A stretch of 64,000 nt of DNA from Octopus vulgaris (GCA_951406725.2 OX597817.1:115878001-115942000); one strand, 5' to 3'; positions 11,159 through 24,810 are shown, counted from the stretch's first letter. The notes: generated by a model from the sequence alone, not told the origin. Numbers and translations: made by a program.

Positions 11159-13629
11159 AATATATATGTATGCATATTTACATTACTGTACAGTAGTATT
11201 AATCTTTAACGGCCACATTCCCTTCCTCTTTACACTCCCTTTTGCTCACTAACTTTCCTTCCGTCTTCTTTTCTCTTTGTTTGATTCTCAACCTCCCACG
11301 TTGCGTATACTATTGTCTCTGATTCTCATCGCAATACCCAGCATTCTCCTTTGTTCCTGCCTTCTGTACTGTTGCAAATCACTTCATTCTCTCTCCCATT
11401 TCTCTTTTTGTGCAAGGACTACATCCTAATAACTATCCATTTTCTTTCTGCATTACAATTTGCACAACGGTGTCTAGTTTGTGGGCAACTTTTGTCTCCT
11501 CTCGAAAATCTTCACTGTTAAATTTTCTTTGCTGGTCGAACAAAGTAATAGTTCTGTATTCTGTTTATATAACATTATTTGTCTTTTCTAGCAGTATTGA
11601 TATTTTAATATTTGATTTAATTATAAATATTTTGGCATATTTTAATACTTGTCTCATATTGCTATATTCCGACACAACTGCATATTCTGATACGGGATAC
11701 TTTTGATTTTTTGAATGTATATCTAGTGTAGGAGATTTATGTTTGCGTATGCACCTTTATATAATTTTTCTGTTTCATAATTTATATGCTTTTAAAATCC
11801 GGGATGTCACATCGGCATAAGACATTTTTGTATTACCTATATAATACTACGTGTGTGTGATAATTTTTACCCGCTCACATTATTATATTGCTTTGCATCA
11901 CTCAATCGTCTACAGTTCTCTAACTGTACTTTCCTCATTTTTCTATACGTTCACCAGAAATGCGATGGAGCTTATATGAAAACCCCGTATAACTGGATAT
12001 ATTCCATACATTATCTGGACTTTCATTTACGGGGTTGTTTGTAAGCCTTGGTGATATTTACTCTACTTTTTTTGTTATGAATGGTTTACAATCCACCAGA
12101 TTTTGCTTCTAAAAGCTGTACATAGACTCTACTTTTAATTGTAAGCTATTCCATCACTGCACATTATTTCTTATTTTTGTCCATCGATTAGCTTATTAAC
12201 AAATATCCCTCATACAACTTTGTTTTATTTTTGATTGCATAAGGTTACTATCTTCCGGGTATATGGCTTAATTATTCACATGCCCGCATAACAACATTAC
12301 TACATTCCCCTTTCTTTCACTGTTGTATAATAGACGAGATGTCCTTTTGTCACCCATTCAAGTGGTGGCATCAGTTACCCTCTGCAATTTTTATTCAGTC
12401 TAACTAGCAAAAAATAATCTATTTGTTTACCTAATTCTTATTCATGTTATCGTTTTATGTTAATTTTAATTTAAGTTTATTTCAGTTTAACCTCTGTTTT
12501 AATTTTATTTTTTTTCTCCCACTCCCTTCATTCTACTTTTGGTTCGATCGTCAATGATAAATATGTCGATGTAAATCTAGACGCTTTCTTATTTCCTAAT
12601 TTTATGTTCCAACCAAATACCTATATATCATCGCAGGACCGACAAAAGAATTTAAAACTGAGAGAAATAAAATTCAAAATTTCTTCGTTTGCGGTCCAAA
12701 TTGTTTTTCTTCATATTTCATATTGTCACACAAAGCGAGGCATTTCAGAGAATCAGACACTTGTATATCTAAATAAAAAACTTGAAAAAGGACAAACCAT
12801 ATTTGCAAGCCAGGTGTTTCTTTGTTGATGAACAATGTATGCCTATCACACATATTAACGTTGATTGAATACAGTCTAAGATGTTTATAAATAACAGGAA
12901 AATCGTCGCAGATATGGAACATTGTATCAATACGTGGATCACACCTTGATTATTTTAGCAGACTAGTTCTTTTTAGGAGATGAGGTATTTTCTATTGCGA
13001 TGAATTTCACTAGTTTTTTGTGATTCAATTTTTGTATTGTAAAGTTGAGAAAATGTATTCTTCAAGAAAAAAATCCGGCTTTGGGGAAGCTTGTGCATCG
13101 ATTTTGGCGTTTCTTTTAAGTTGCCTGCTGTTCATGTTAATGAAGTTGTTGCGAGTATGTTTCCTAGATAAACGTAGTAATAATATGTTTATGCTTTTAA
13201 AATTGAGATTTTCGCAATAAAATAATTGGAGGATGTTTAACGAAGTTGTCGTTCATAAAGTAAATATGGTTTTTGCACAATTTCTCCAGGGTGCATGTAG
13301 ATGATACTTAGGGGCAGAACATTATGGAGTGATATCATATGTATAGGAGTGGCGGTCGTTGGAGGGAATGCAAAACAGATTGATTGTATATAGGGGGAAG
13401 AGAGCGGTTATAAAAGTAGCCTTATGGAAGACGAGAGTCTGCAGTGGAATAAGATTCGAGTTAATCGAAAAACAAACCACATTCTTAGGACACTTCCATT
13501 TCTGCGTTCTCTCTCTCTCCCTCCCACTCTGTCTCACTCACTCTTACTCCAACTCTCTTTCAATCTTTTTGCCTCTTTCTCCCTCTCTCTCTGTTTGCCT
13601 CTTTCTCCTTCTCTCTCGCTTTCTATCTG

Positions 13630-13706
<77 letters not shown>

Positions 13707-13796
13707 ATGTGTATGTATATATAGACATAGATAATTTTATATACATTATTTACATTATTTACATTTGATGGATATTTGTCCTCATTTTGTTTGTTA

Positions 13797-13869
13797 GGGC
13801 ATATGGTGTAGTGGTTAAGAGCGCAGGCTACTAACCCCAAGCTTCCGAGTTCGATTCCAGGCAGTGACC
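13797..13869 (+). promoter_or_regulatory. tRNA-like module with Pol III A and B boxes
   Basis: A box tggtgtagtgg, B box agttcgattcc, and an anticodon-like loop ctactaa. The acceptor stem is imperfect. Confidence 0.75.
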
Positions 13870-13871
13870 TG

Positions 13872-13915
<44 letters not shown>

Positions 13916-13967
13916 ACCATCGACAAAATGCCTTAGGAATGAGAACTCAGGTTCGAAATTTCCCAAT

Positions 13968-14010
13968 GCACCTGATGAAGGCTGGAGGGTATATCAGCTG
14001 AAATGTTGTG
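13968..14010 (+). ncRNA. Minimal type I hammerhead ribozyme motif
   Basis: cac-CTGATGA-a-ggctg(gagggtatat)cagct-GAAA-tg-TT-gtg. Confidence 0.7.
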
Positions 14011-14142
14011 TTAACAACGAACAATATGAGGACAAATACACCTCAAACGTAAATAATGTACATAATTCTTCATCTCTTAGATATAGAACTATAGTTATAC
14101 ACACACACACACATATATATATATACATACATACATACATAC

Positions 14143-14173
<31 letters not shown>

Positions 14174-14228
14174 TGTATGTATGTATGTATGTATGTATGT
14201 GCGTGGGTGTGTGTGCGTGTGCATTACT

Positions 14229-14725
14229 AATATTAGTGACAGAAGGGATATTATTGCCAAATGGTACTCTTTATACCAAATTACACGGGGAACACTTATT
14301 AGAAGGCAGAATACTGCGGTATTCACCTTGGGAGTCTGTCCTTGTTTCTTCTGTGTTTAGCCCCTTGTGGGTAGTAAAGAAATAGGTATTCACCTAGGGA
14401 GGTACTCTCATATAGACATTGGTTACTAAGAGCACTGTCATATATCGGTACTGACAAAGACCATCTGGTACGAGCGCCATAAGTGCCAGATCACGTGAAT
14501 TCAGCGTACCAACCAGATATCACTGCCAATGATATATAGATTAACAGTAACTAGACGGTTTTTTCCTGCTACGCTATATGTCTATGCTCTTTGCATACTA
14601 CGTCTGAATGAGTGGACCACTGAGAGGTGAATACCGCAGAATGTCCCTTTCTAAATATTCATCCGCGTTTAGTAGGATATAAAGATTGTCAGTTGGTACA
14701 AAAACTGCTTCCGTCGTAAATATTC
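14229..14725. other. Two diverged, convergent copies of an unidentified coding-like segment
   Basis: The + strand reads ILVTEGILLPNGTLYTKLHGEHLLEGRILRYSP. The - strand reads IFTTEAVFVPTDNLYILLNADEYLERDILRYSP. Confidence 0.5.
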
Positions 14726-17407
14726 TACTAGAATTTGCGACATCAGTGACTGAAAGGTCACAGTTAGTATATCTGTGTATGTGTGTATGTGTATGAGTCT
14801 GTGCGTGTTTGTGAGTGTGTGTGTGTGGGTATGATAGATGCACGTATGGAAGCATGCATATGTGTGTGAGTGTGTATTTGTTACTGTGTATGTGTAAGAG
14901 GGGAAATGCGTGTTTACTCTGTGTGCACTGTTTAAAGGTAGAACAAAGAATTCGCATAATCAGTATTCAATTTGTTTTAAGTCAGTAGTATCTGTAAAGG
15001 GTTAGTTTTGGAGAGGAATTGTATGGCGTTTGATCCCAACCGGATATCAATATATAGGATTTCTCATTTGAAATGCTGTTTATGGAACCATAATTTATTA
15101 GGAGTGATGGTTAAGATGATTCTAGAAGTTTGACATTGTTTCGTTTGGCAAGCGACCAAATAATCCATTTTAGCTTGGGAGATGGTACTGCTCGCAGGTA
15201 GTACAACACCCAGAGTCAACCTCCTATATACGAAATCGTGCTTTGGACTGAGGTGCTGTGAATGATATCCCCCAATGTTTTGTTCAAGATCTTTCTTTCA
15301 CAAACTTGTTGCACTGCAGACAAGTGTACAAATTCGGGTTTGGAAACTGCAAATTTTCGTTATGTGGCGATTGTAGATTGAAGTCTGGAAAAACTATTTC
15401 GTGCGATTGTTTGTCAAGTTCACGGTGTGTATAACATGATGATTCCGTCCCTGTGCAAAATCATCCTTCACAGGGACATTGGTAGTGATTTTTCTTCTTG
15501 ACTTGCATATTAAAAAGACTATTCGACTTAGAAGGAAACATAAATGGTACGTCGGTCTCTTTGTAGCAGTCCTTAGTTCTTGTAAGGCAGCTAGGAACAT
15601 GGAATGCTGATTTGTTACTCATGAGGCTGCAGTCCTATATCCTGCGTCTAATGTAACTGATACAGTCGAGCGCGCCCGGAATCGAATTTAGAACGTTAAG
15701 ATCCATACTTCCATACTGCAAGAATTGCATCCGGCCCAATAAACCTTGATTTAGGAAATATTAGAAAGCTGATTCCGTAAATCATTTAGAATATGATTTC
15801 ATAAATCATTTACAGTATCTGTTTTTCTATATTTGTTATTGATTTCTATATCAGTTTTGAAAAGGGGCGTGCTGTAACATTGAAAGTATTACCGTTGTAG
15901 CTCTATTACCGTTAGTCTCATCCTATTTATTTAGTTTCGGTACTTGCATCATTGTGGAGGTAGTAATTATTTATGGACTTTGTTTCACGAAATATCCGCA
16001 TTTGCTTTTCAATGAGATATACAAAAAATAGTGTAATGTATTTCTTTAATGGATGATGTTTTTTTCGCGAAAATATATATTTTAACGCTCTTTTGTAAAT
16101 GTATTGTAAATAAACTTTTACTTTTGTATTATAATTATATTCCTCAGTTGGAGGCCCTATAATTATTGAATGAATATATGAAAGATATAAACAAACTTTC
16201 CGACTTCTTTACATATTTCTATGAATTCAAAATTTAACATTTAGATAAGTGTATTTATTGTTAAGAATCAGCATTGAAATATACAGTGCAATACGTAAAA
16301 ACTCTGTCTACAATAGTATTATCACTAATAATATCCATTATTGATAAACAATATGAATAGAATGGCTACTTCTGCTTTTTCTATTTAACGAGGAACATTA
16401 ATTGTATAGCACCGAAAGAAACGCTAATGGAGTGACTAACACTAAGTCGCTCACAAACACGCTTTACAGACACACTTCCCTCTACTTTTATCAATGAACC
16501 TACAGTGGTCTCCGACTCCTTGTGCAGAATCGTCTTGTCTCACTTTTCATCAGGCGTTATTGAGTTACGAATCTCTCCCCACTTTTCATCCAATGTGTAC
16601 CCCTTCAAAGCTAACACTAACCTCAACGCTTACACTTTTGTCACAGGAATTATTTCTCCGTAAAGCATATATACCAATTACAGTATTCAGGTAGATTATT
16701 CTATATATACTGCTTCCAAACAAACTTTTACTTAATGCCATTCTCAGAAGTTGTTTCGAAGATTGATAAAAAATATATATTTAAGATAATATTTAAGATA
16801 AGCATTAAACTTTTTGCTAAAACACTTTTAATAACAAAACTGTCTTCGTTTTGATAGAACATTTTGATTATAAGTATAACCTCTAAATATTTATTCCATA
16901 ATATAAATGACAGTTCAAACAACTTAAAATGTAAACTGCTAATACTTGCTTTGAAATTTTATTTCATGACTAAACTCTATATATTTCATATGAAATATGA
17001 AACCTAATAGCAGTAAATTTAAACGACATATTGAAATTTCACTGATCGAAAGAAATGTTATACACAACTATTAGTGTCATGTATTTGAGTCTAAAACTAT
17101 GACGCGATACTTATTAAATAGTATCTCTCCTGTAATTTAATTTAATTTAATATACGAGAACTACTAAAATAGAACTTTTAAAAAATACAAAAGATGATTG
17201 AAAATATGAGACTTCTTATACAGGTTAAATAGGAATACAAGATTTTATATATAACTTATAGAGAAATAACGCCATACAATAAATAAGAACAAATGAATAT
17301 TTGAGTGCTTTAGTGTGTGCTTGAATGTACGCACGTGTGTGAATTTGAGTGTGTCTGTTTCTGTTTGAGTATGTCAGCGCGCGTTTCTGTGTGTATATGT
17401 GCGTATT

Positions 17408-17443
<36 letters not shown>

Positions 17444-18409
17444 TATGTGTATGAGAGCCACATTTCTATTTGTATGAAACAATTTTTAAATTAAAAAGAC
17501 AGCATAACAATTTATGACAAAGCAAATTGCGTCTTCATGTCTGCTCTGTAGCCCAATTAAACTATGCATCCTCTTAGATGATATTTAACTTTAAATAAAT
17601 TTAAAAGCCGTTCTACAAAAGAATACTGCTTAAGCAGTTTTCAGATTGCTGTTAACAGTATCAGTCAATTTCTGAACAACCCAGTAAAGAAGCGGCAATA
17701 TGGTAGCACTACATGTTAATGATAACATACAAATCTCTCTCACACCCACCCTACCATGTAAATTTATGAAAAATAATAAAACGAAATGAATGCATTAGCA
17801 GACGTAGTTCAGGTTCCATTTCGAAATAAGGTGATTTTGACATGAAGGTATTACATGTGGCCATAGGTTTTAGACGATAAGAGATAACCTGATTGTAATC
17901 AACTACAATGACAACAGACATAAACTAATGAAAATATAAAAATCGACATTCAAATTGTCATTCTGTTATTACCTTATAAACGATATAGTTTCTGCAATTT
18001 CCCAGATTTTACTATTTTATCCTAATAAAACAAAGTTGAACGTTGTGATCTCAATTGCTCATACTTATTATTATTAACTGAAACACTTAAATTTTACAAC
18101 TTCTTTGAATTTTATGCAAGATAAACCCGCTAATACTTCTTGTAAGCAAAATACATAGATATCCCACAGTAAAGAATGGGTTTCAAACTCTTTTGATTAT
18201 CCAAATATTTCTTCCGCTATCATTTACTGCGAAGTGCTCATATAATCACCTACTTTTTATCTCTAGATGTTTCACCCAAAATTCGACGATGATTGATAAA
18301 GCATAAGTTAAAAACACTAAACTTATGCGCTTTTGAGCAAGCATCGTGTGTCTAATAGTTTACCTAATGTAGATTAGAGGGTTAATATAGGGCGTTACGA
18401 TTATCAGAA

Positions 18410-18900
18410 AATAAAAAAAAAATGTGTGTAATAGGTGTAAAACAACTTCCTATGAACGAATATGAAAAAAAAATTCGCGTACGCGAAAGGGGGGGGGGAG
18501 AGGCCTCGCAAAAATTCACATCGGGAAGTTCCGAAAGCGTCTGAGGAGCTGACCCGGGCACCAAAACAAATAAAAAATTGTGTAATATGTGTAAAACAAC
18601 TTGCTCTAAACGAATATGACAAAAAAAATGCGCTCTCGCGAAAGAGGGGTGGGGGAGAGGCCTCGGAAAATTTATATCGGGAATTTCCGAAAGCGTCTGA
18701 ACCGGGCACAAAAACAAAACAAAAACAGCGTAATAGGTGTAAAACAACTTGCTCTAAACGACTATCATGAAAAAAATGCGCGCTCGCGAAAGGGGGGTGG
18801 GGGAGAGGCTTCGGAAATTTCACATCTTCAGTCCACGGCCTTTAAACTAAGAAAAAATAGTGTAATTGGTGTAAAACTACTTGTTCTAAACGAGTATCAT
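18410..18900. repeat. Tandem repeat with 132-154 bp units, ~3.3 copies
   Basis: gtaat(a/t)(g/t)gtgtaaaac(a/t)actt recurs near 18427, 18581, 18729 and 18861. Each full unit has cgcgaaa, a G-run and gagaggc. Confidence 0.9.
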
Positions 18901-19929
18901 CTGCATTTGAAAATGCAACAGAAAGTGTATAGTGAATTTGTCATGGCGGTGTTGTGCATCCGACATTTTGGTCAAAGTCCTTGTTCACAATTGACATGAC
19001 AAGAAGGAGTAAAAAAAAAAGACAATATATTTTTACATACTCCATGTTTTAATCACTGGTTGCAACCAATGGGGTATACAAGACAACGTGAGGACGTAAG
19101 CTTGTATACATAGCAAAGAAATGAGGAAGGGATAGGGAAGAAATTATAAGTGAGAGACGGAGAAGGAAAAGACAAGAGGAAGAAAAGCAAGCGAGGTTGA
19201 GGTAAAGGTTAAAACAAGGGTGCGAAGGAAACTGAAGGATAAAAATAGCATTGCTGAAATAATAAGAGAAGAACGAGTTGAAGGAAAGGCGTTCATTTAA
19301 ATTCATTCACAGTATGACTTTGAATTTGAATATGAAACCTTATTCGTTATATTTCCTTGAGTGTGCAGAACTTGGATGTCCAGAGACATCGCACAGTAAT
19401 TAAAGAATAATCGAACGGCGTGACGAGTTCTAGAAAAACACACGTGTAGTTTGAATAAGTTCACTAAAGTGATATGCAAAGCCAGTATTAATTATTATCT
19501 AGAAGGCAGTGAACTGGCGTAATAGTTTGCAGGATAGCCTCTTTCCTGAGTGTGAAATTTCAATATACAAAACACACCAACTCCAAACACAAAGGAAATA
19601 TGGCTATATGACGATCTACCTTAGCATACAAACATACGAACATCATATGCATCTTGAAGATAAGACAATACAAACAAATTTACCAGCCAACATGGCTGCT
19701 TTCCCATAAGTCAAATCCAAGGGAGATAACCACTCAAAGGATGTTATCCCAGAGCAGTTTCTGTGATTTATTGTGTGCTTTAGGACAATCTTCGCGAATT
19801 TAACGAGACTTTGTGCCTTTATCTACAATGGAGATGGGCACCATTCCACATGCGATCGGCTTGAAAAAAATTAAGATATCGAGATATGTTTCCTTAAAAT
19901 AAAACTAATGGTAGACTTAATACACAAGT

Positions 19930-19967
<38 letters not shown>

Positions 19968-20589
19968 TACATAGTAGGTGAGAAAAACCTAGCATAAGCG
20001 GAGAAATCATCGAAATATTACTTGGACTGGTAAAGTTCTTCAATTCTTTGTAATTTCCTAATTGGATTAAGTAATCCAGTGGACACCCAATACGTAGCAA
20101 ACAATACAGATGGCAGGAATGTAAATGTGTGAGAATTTAGATATACATGTATCTTACACGATGAAGATAAGGCTTTATAGATATTTCAAATATCTGGTGA
20201 CTGGTTGAAATTCTAATGCATACTATGCAAAGGCCGGACATATACAAATAGGCGCCAACAACAGCAACATAAAGAACGAAAACTGTTATTAATACTGGTA
20301 TTGTGGCTGCTGGTCACACTAATATTGTTGTTGTTGGGTTCGTTAATGCATTGCTGGAGTTGCCTCTGTTTATGCTCGTGCTAGTGGGGTTCTTGATGTT
20401 GTTGATGTTATTGTTGTTGTTGAGTTTATTATTTGTAGGCCTTTGCTACTTATAATGAGAGTGACAGATGCATCGCATGGCTAACTGCTCTGGCTGCAGT
20501 AGTTTAAACATGATGTAAGTGGAGCCATTCCTGTAATTAAATTTGTGCTGAAAAAGCAAAGTTTTCTATAAAATATGTACCCCAAAATT

Positions 20590-21930
20590 TACAAAGCCGC
20601 TGAAATTAAAACATATTAAAACATACACAGAAATGAAAAAGAAAATTAGGAGACAGTCTTACAGGAGAGTAAGACTAATATTAAACACTGGTCTCAATAC
20701 TAAGAATAAGATAAAAGTGATAAACACGCTAGCCATACCGGTCATGAATTACAGCTTCAACATAACAAACTGGAAGATTAGTGAAGTGAAAAAGTTAGGA
20801 AAACCAGAAAACTATCAAGAGGACGCCGAAGTCACCAGCCGAAAACAAACGCAGATATTATATCTTCCCGGCTCAGAATCAGGCCATGGCTTGATATAGC
20901 CAGAGGATTATTATAAAATAGTAACATTTGGACAAGAAAAGTACTTCGAAACAAAAAGCGGAAGACTATTATATGTAATAAAACAACACTAGAAAAAGAA
21001 AGGAAAAGCTTTTCTCTATACAGAAGGAAACGACAAAATACAAAACAGAAACAAGCTACTCTGGTACACTGAGCTCAGATGGCAACATAGCACAAATGGT
21101 CTAATAAACAAAGAAGACAACATGAAAACAGAACTACAAACATACTGAAGAAGAAATGGAAAGAAAAATTATTCCGTGGCATGCAGGGCTTAACAGAGAG
21201 AAAGTGAGCCTAAGTAAAAGCTCTGTACTAAAAGATGAAACAGGAAGACTGATTCTTGTTGCACAAGACCAATATCTGACTACGAGCAACTATAAAACCA
21301 AAGTAATGAAAAGAGGCCCAAGCACAAATATAGAATACGCAACCAGCATAATGAGACAGTTGACCACAGCAGATATGGCTCTCCAGTTCTTGTCAAATAT
21401 GAATACATATACACAGACACGACCGAGTGTAGGAGTTGTATCCATTGGACAATATGCCAACACCAAAACATAAAACTGACAATAAATGATATAACCATGT
21501 ACCCAAAAAGGTACAACACAACGGCCCAGCCGCAATCATCTAGGATAATGCTGTTCAAACCGACGAAGAAATAAAAGTTAATCGCCCAGACATAATAATC
21601 AAGGATCAGAGAAAAGACATCTGCTTGCAGATAGATATTGCAGTCCCTTCTGACCAAAATATTGTCCACAGGGCAGTGAAGGGATTGTCAAATTAGAAAG
21701 TCCTCGAAATTGAAATATTCGAAATGTGGAGCATGAAGGTGAAAATGATAATAGTTACTTTTTATCATGACCAATATTCCAGTTCGAATTGGAATATTAG
21801 GCATGATAAAAAATATGATCAAAAACGTAGAAGCTATGCATTGATCCTCAATACTGTACACTATCCCAAAAACCACCATGCTAGGAACAGTTCGCATCCT
21901 ACACAAGACACTATCAATTCAACATAAACA
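20590..21930 (+). mobile_element. Degraded R4/Dong-clade non-LTR retrotransposon, 3' part
   Basis: YRRVRLILNTGLNTKNKIKVINTLAIPVMNYSF; LYLPGSESGHGLI; LKDETGRLILVAQDQYL; REL-like NRPDIIIKD..IDIAVP; terminal MLGTVRIL. Confidence 0.85.
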
Positions 21931-22040
21931 TAGCAATCTACAAACACAGGACACAATCTATATAGCAAATATATAATGAATAAACTACCACCAGCAGGCC
22001 AAAAACCCAACGGATTACACACACAACACAAAATACAAAC

Positions 22041-22480
22041 TCAAATACACTTGATCAAATTATTTGTTTCTGTGATGTTTTGTGTTGTGATGTATTTCAG
22101 AATTTCATTGACATTTTCCGTTTCTTGGTTCAATTTCCATCGACCAACCTTTTTAAGTCTGCAAATAATGTCGCTATCTTTCTCCGGTAATTTTGCCTTT
22201 ATTGTGTCATAGATTGCCTTTTGTTCATTTGTCATATCACCATTATTTATATTGTTTTCGTTTAGATCATCTATATGTCGCTCGCCAAGCATACTACCAT
22301 TGCTTCTTTCCTGTGTTATGAGATTACTCCTAATAGTAAGACCTGTATTTTTATCGTTATCTCTGTTGCTATTTTCCAAGACCCTTCTTTTGATAGCTTC
22401 GAGCTCTACTTCTGTGAAGCAACGATTTTTTCTTATTACTCTAGCTTGATCACATAGTCTCTATTCCGTGATTTGAAACA
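22041..22480 (-). mobile_element. N-terminal fragment of an R4/Dong-like ORF
   Basis: RVIRKNRCFTEVELEAIKRR and KLNQETENVNEILKYITTQNITETNNLI resemble Dong/R4 N-terminal motifs, recalled rather than searched. Confidence 0.65.
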
Positions 22481-22624
22481 ATCACTTTTCTCTTCAATGA
22501 TCATACATACGTTGTCGGTAACCCATAATTTGAGTACCATTTTCATCTACCGGGCTGCTGACCACAACATTTTTCTGTGAAAAAAATTTACCTTCTTTCT
22601 CTTTCCGTTCCTCTTATTTTTTAA

Positions 22625-22772
22625 AGTCGGCGAACGGGCACGCTGGGAAAAATGCTTATCCGCTTTTCTCCCGTCTTTACGTTCTGAGCTCTAATTACGC
22701 CGAGGTCGACTTTGCCTTTTATCCGTTCAGTGTCGATAAATTAAACACCATTCAAGCGCTGGGGTCAATATA
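22625..22772 (+). mobile_element. tRNA-derived SINE, family A
   Basis: ttacgttctgagctctaattacgccgaggtcgactttgcctttt..gtcgataaatt. Confidence 0.75.
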
Positions 22773-23123
22773 GTCTTGGAATAAAGATGGTGTTTATATT
22801 TTCGAATACTCAGGGAAAGGAAAGAATAAGTATTCACAGAAGTTGTAGATATTAACGTTTTTAAAGCTGATCGTTTATGTGTTCGAAAACTTTAAATATG
22901 TAAGTTACTTAACTCATTTTGAGGGAAATTCAAAATACTCACAAGTAACTGTAGATATCCCAATCTTTTAGAGTTATTTTTCCGTTGTCCAGCTGGGTTG
23001 TATTAGTGTTTCTGTGTCTTCAGATGCTGACAGGTCAGATCAGCGAAGAACACGACCAGCCGCTAAAGTAATCATCTCCAGTAAATTTTAAAACCTTAAT
23101 ATCTACAATCATCATCATCATCA

Positions 23124-23196
<73 letters not shown>

Positions 23197-23619
23197 CAAA
23201 CAAAACAACGTAATGTATGATGCAAGACAATACAATATGGGGTTATATAAAGAAGCGTGTAAAAAGTAGAATCAGTAACAATACTAACTCTAAGAACCTA
23301 CAGCCCCTCAAAAGAGAATGATTTCCAATTGCTGTTCATAGAAACTCTACAAAACCATAGTCTCCCTGATCACTAGGGTGTGTGCCCTCACCTCATCGAC
23401 TTCCATCAATCTACAGGTGCAGGCTTAGAGTAAGCACGTTCACTAGGAACATTCTTACAACATGCCCTCACCTTTTAACAAAATTGCTGGATGACAGTTC
23501 TTTCCTCTCCACTCACTTTCTTTTTCAAATTAAACTTGAAAACGTTGATAAGGGTTTGGCCAAAGATGGAATTATCTTAAATCCTTTCAGGTGCTAGGGA
23601 GTGCCTGCCTAGTCGTTTA

Positions 23620-24005
23620 CGTGGAATATGGGGCTTGACTCATGCTTAAATTATCGACCTCGAAAGGATGAAAGAAGAAGACAACCTCGATGAAATTTGA
23701 ACTCAGAACGTGAAGACGGTCGAAATACCGTTAAGCATTCCACTCGGCGCACTTACGTTTCTGCCAGCTGAAGTCCTTCCAGTAATTTAATAATAATAGT
23801 AGATAATAATAATTATAATGTTAACTAAATAATGATTTCAAATTTTGACAGAAAGCCCGTAATTCCGGGATGGGGTTTAAGTTGATTACAGCGACCCCAA
23901 AACTCAGCTGGTACTTATTTTATCAACCTCAACGGAATTCGAACTCCGAACATAAAAACGGACAATTTTGCCTGGTATGCTAACGATTCTGCAAGCACGC
24001 CATCT
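23620..24005 (-). mobile_element. Two degraded SINE family A copies
   Basis: Reverse-complement matches such as aatttgaactcagaacgt and ttctgccagct. Confidence 0.7.
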
Positions 24006-24591
24006 TATAACTAAATAATAAGAGAAGATAATAATTATAATGAAAACTAAATAATAGATGACAATTTCCGACTCTTTGCATTCTGAATTACAATGTCATC
24101 TAGGTAGACTGTATCTTCGACATAACGGGACCGACGAATATTGTGCCAGTCGACTACGGGAGTTGAAATAATCGTCTAACCCACTATATCACTCGATTAC
24201 ATACTTATTCGAAATTTTGTAGGTACTTTTTATCTTTGTAATTTTCATGATTATTATAACTGTTATCGTTATTACTATATACTAGTAATTTTATGCACAC
24301 TAAAGACAGTATGTGTGTCTTCTTGTTTGCAAGTAGTGTGGCGCGTGCTATTTGGTTTATGGCTTCGTTTGCTTGATAGTGTATGTACGAAGTAATGGAA
24401 GTTCGTTTCTGTGGAAGGCTTCTAGCTCCCACCATATCTTGACAGTGACCTTTAGGAACTTCTGAACTTAGTGACCTGGCGTCTGCTAAACCTTTTCCTT
24501 CTCTGTGGGAAAGCTATGAATTCCATCATCACGGTCTTTCTGTCTCATTCCTTTATTTTGTATCCTTTCTTTCCTTATTATATATACATAC

Positions 24592-24660
<69 letters not shown>

Positions 24661-24663
<3 letters not shown>

Positions 24664-24810
24664 ACAAATTAAATTTAAATGTTGAAGTGAATCTAACGGT
24701 TTTTGTGTGTTTTTTTAAATGGCTTATAAACAGCTTCCATGATGCAATATTTTGGTTTCAGCATATGATCTCTCAGATCAAGTTACTTGCTATGCAAGTA
24801 CATCTCCGTA
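24661..24810 (+). repeat. pLTR-like fragment of the same family as 40200-40392
   Basis: Aligns to the reverse complement of 40201-40347. Confidence 0.8.

Larger units (their letters stand above)
13733..14090 (+). mobile_element. Non-autonomous PLE derivative: inverted tail, tRNA-like head, hammerhead, tail
   Basis: 13733-13796 is an imperfect inverted copy of 14012-14068. The body is homologous to 49752-49940. Confidence 0.8.

Noticed and set aside
11290-13320. Strand-biased stretch suggesting decayed LINE coding sequence (also 14940-15620, 36600-37520 and 45300-46260)
   Set aside because: No convincing motif could be read by eye, so it is left unannotated.
13797-13869. Functional tRNA-Ser(ACT) gene
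   Set aside because: The acceptor stem is broken, there is no long variable arm or T-run terminator, and it is embedded in a repeat family.
18410-18900. CRISPR-like array
   Set aside because: The inter-repeat segments are homologous to each other, the context is eukaryotic, and there are no cas genes.
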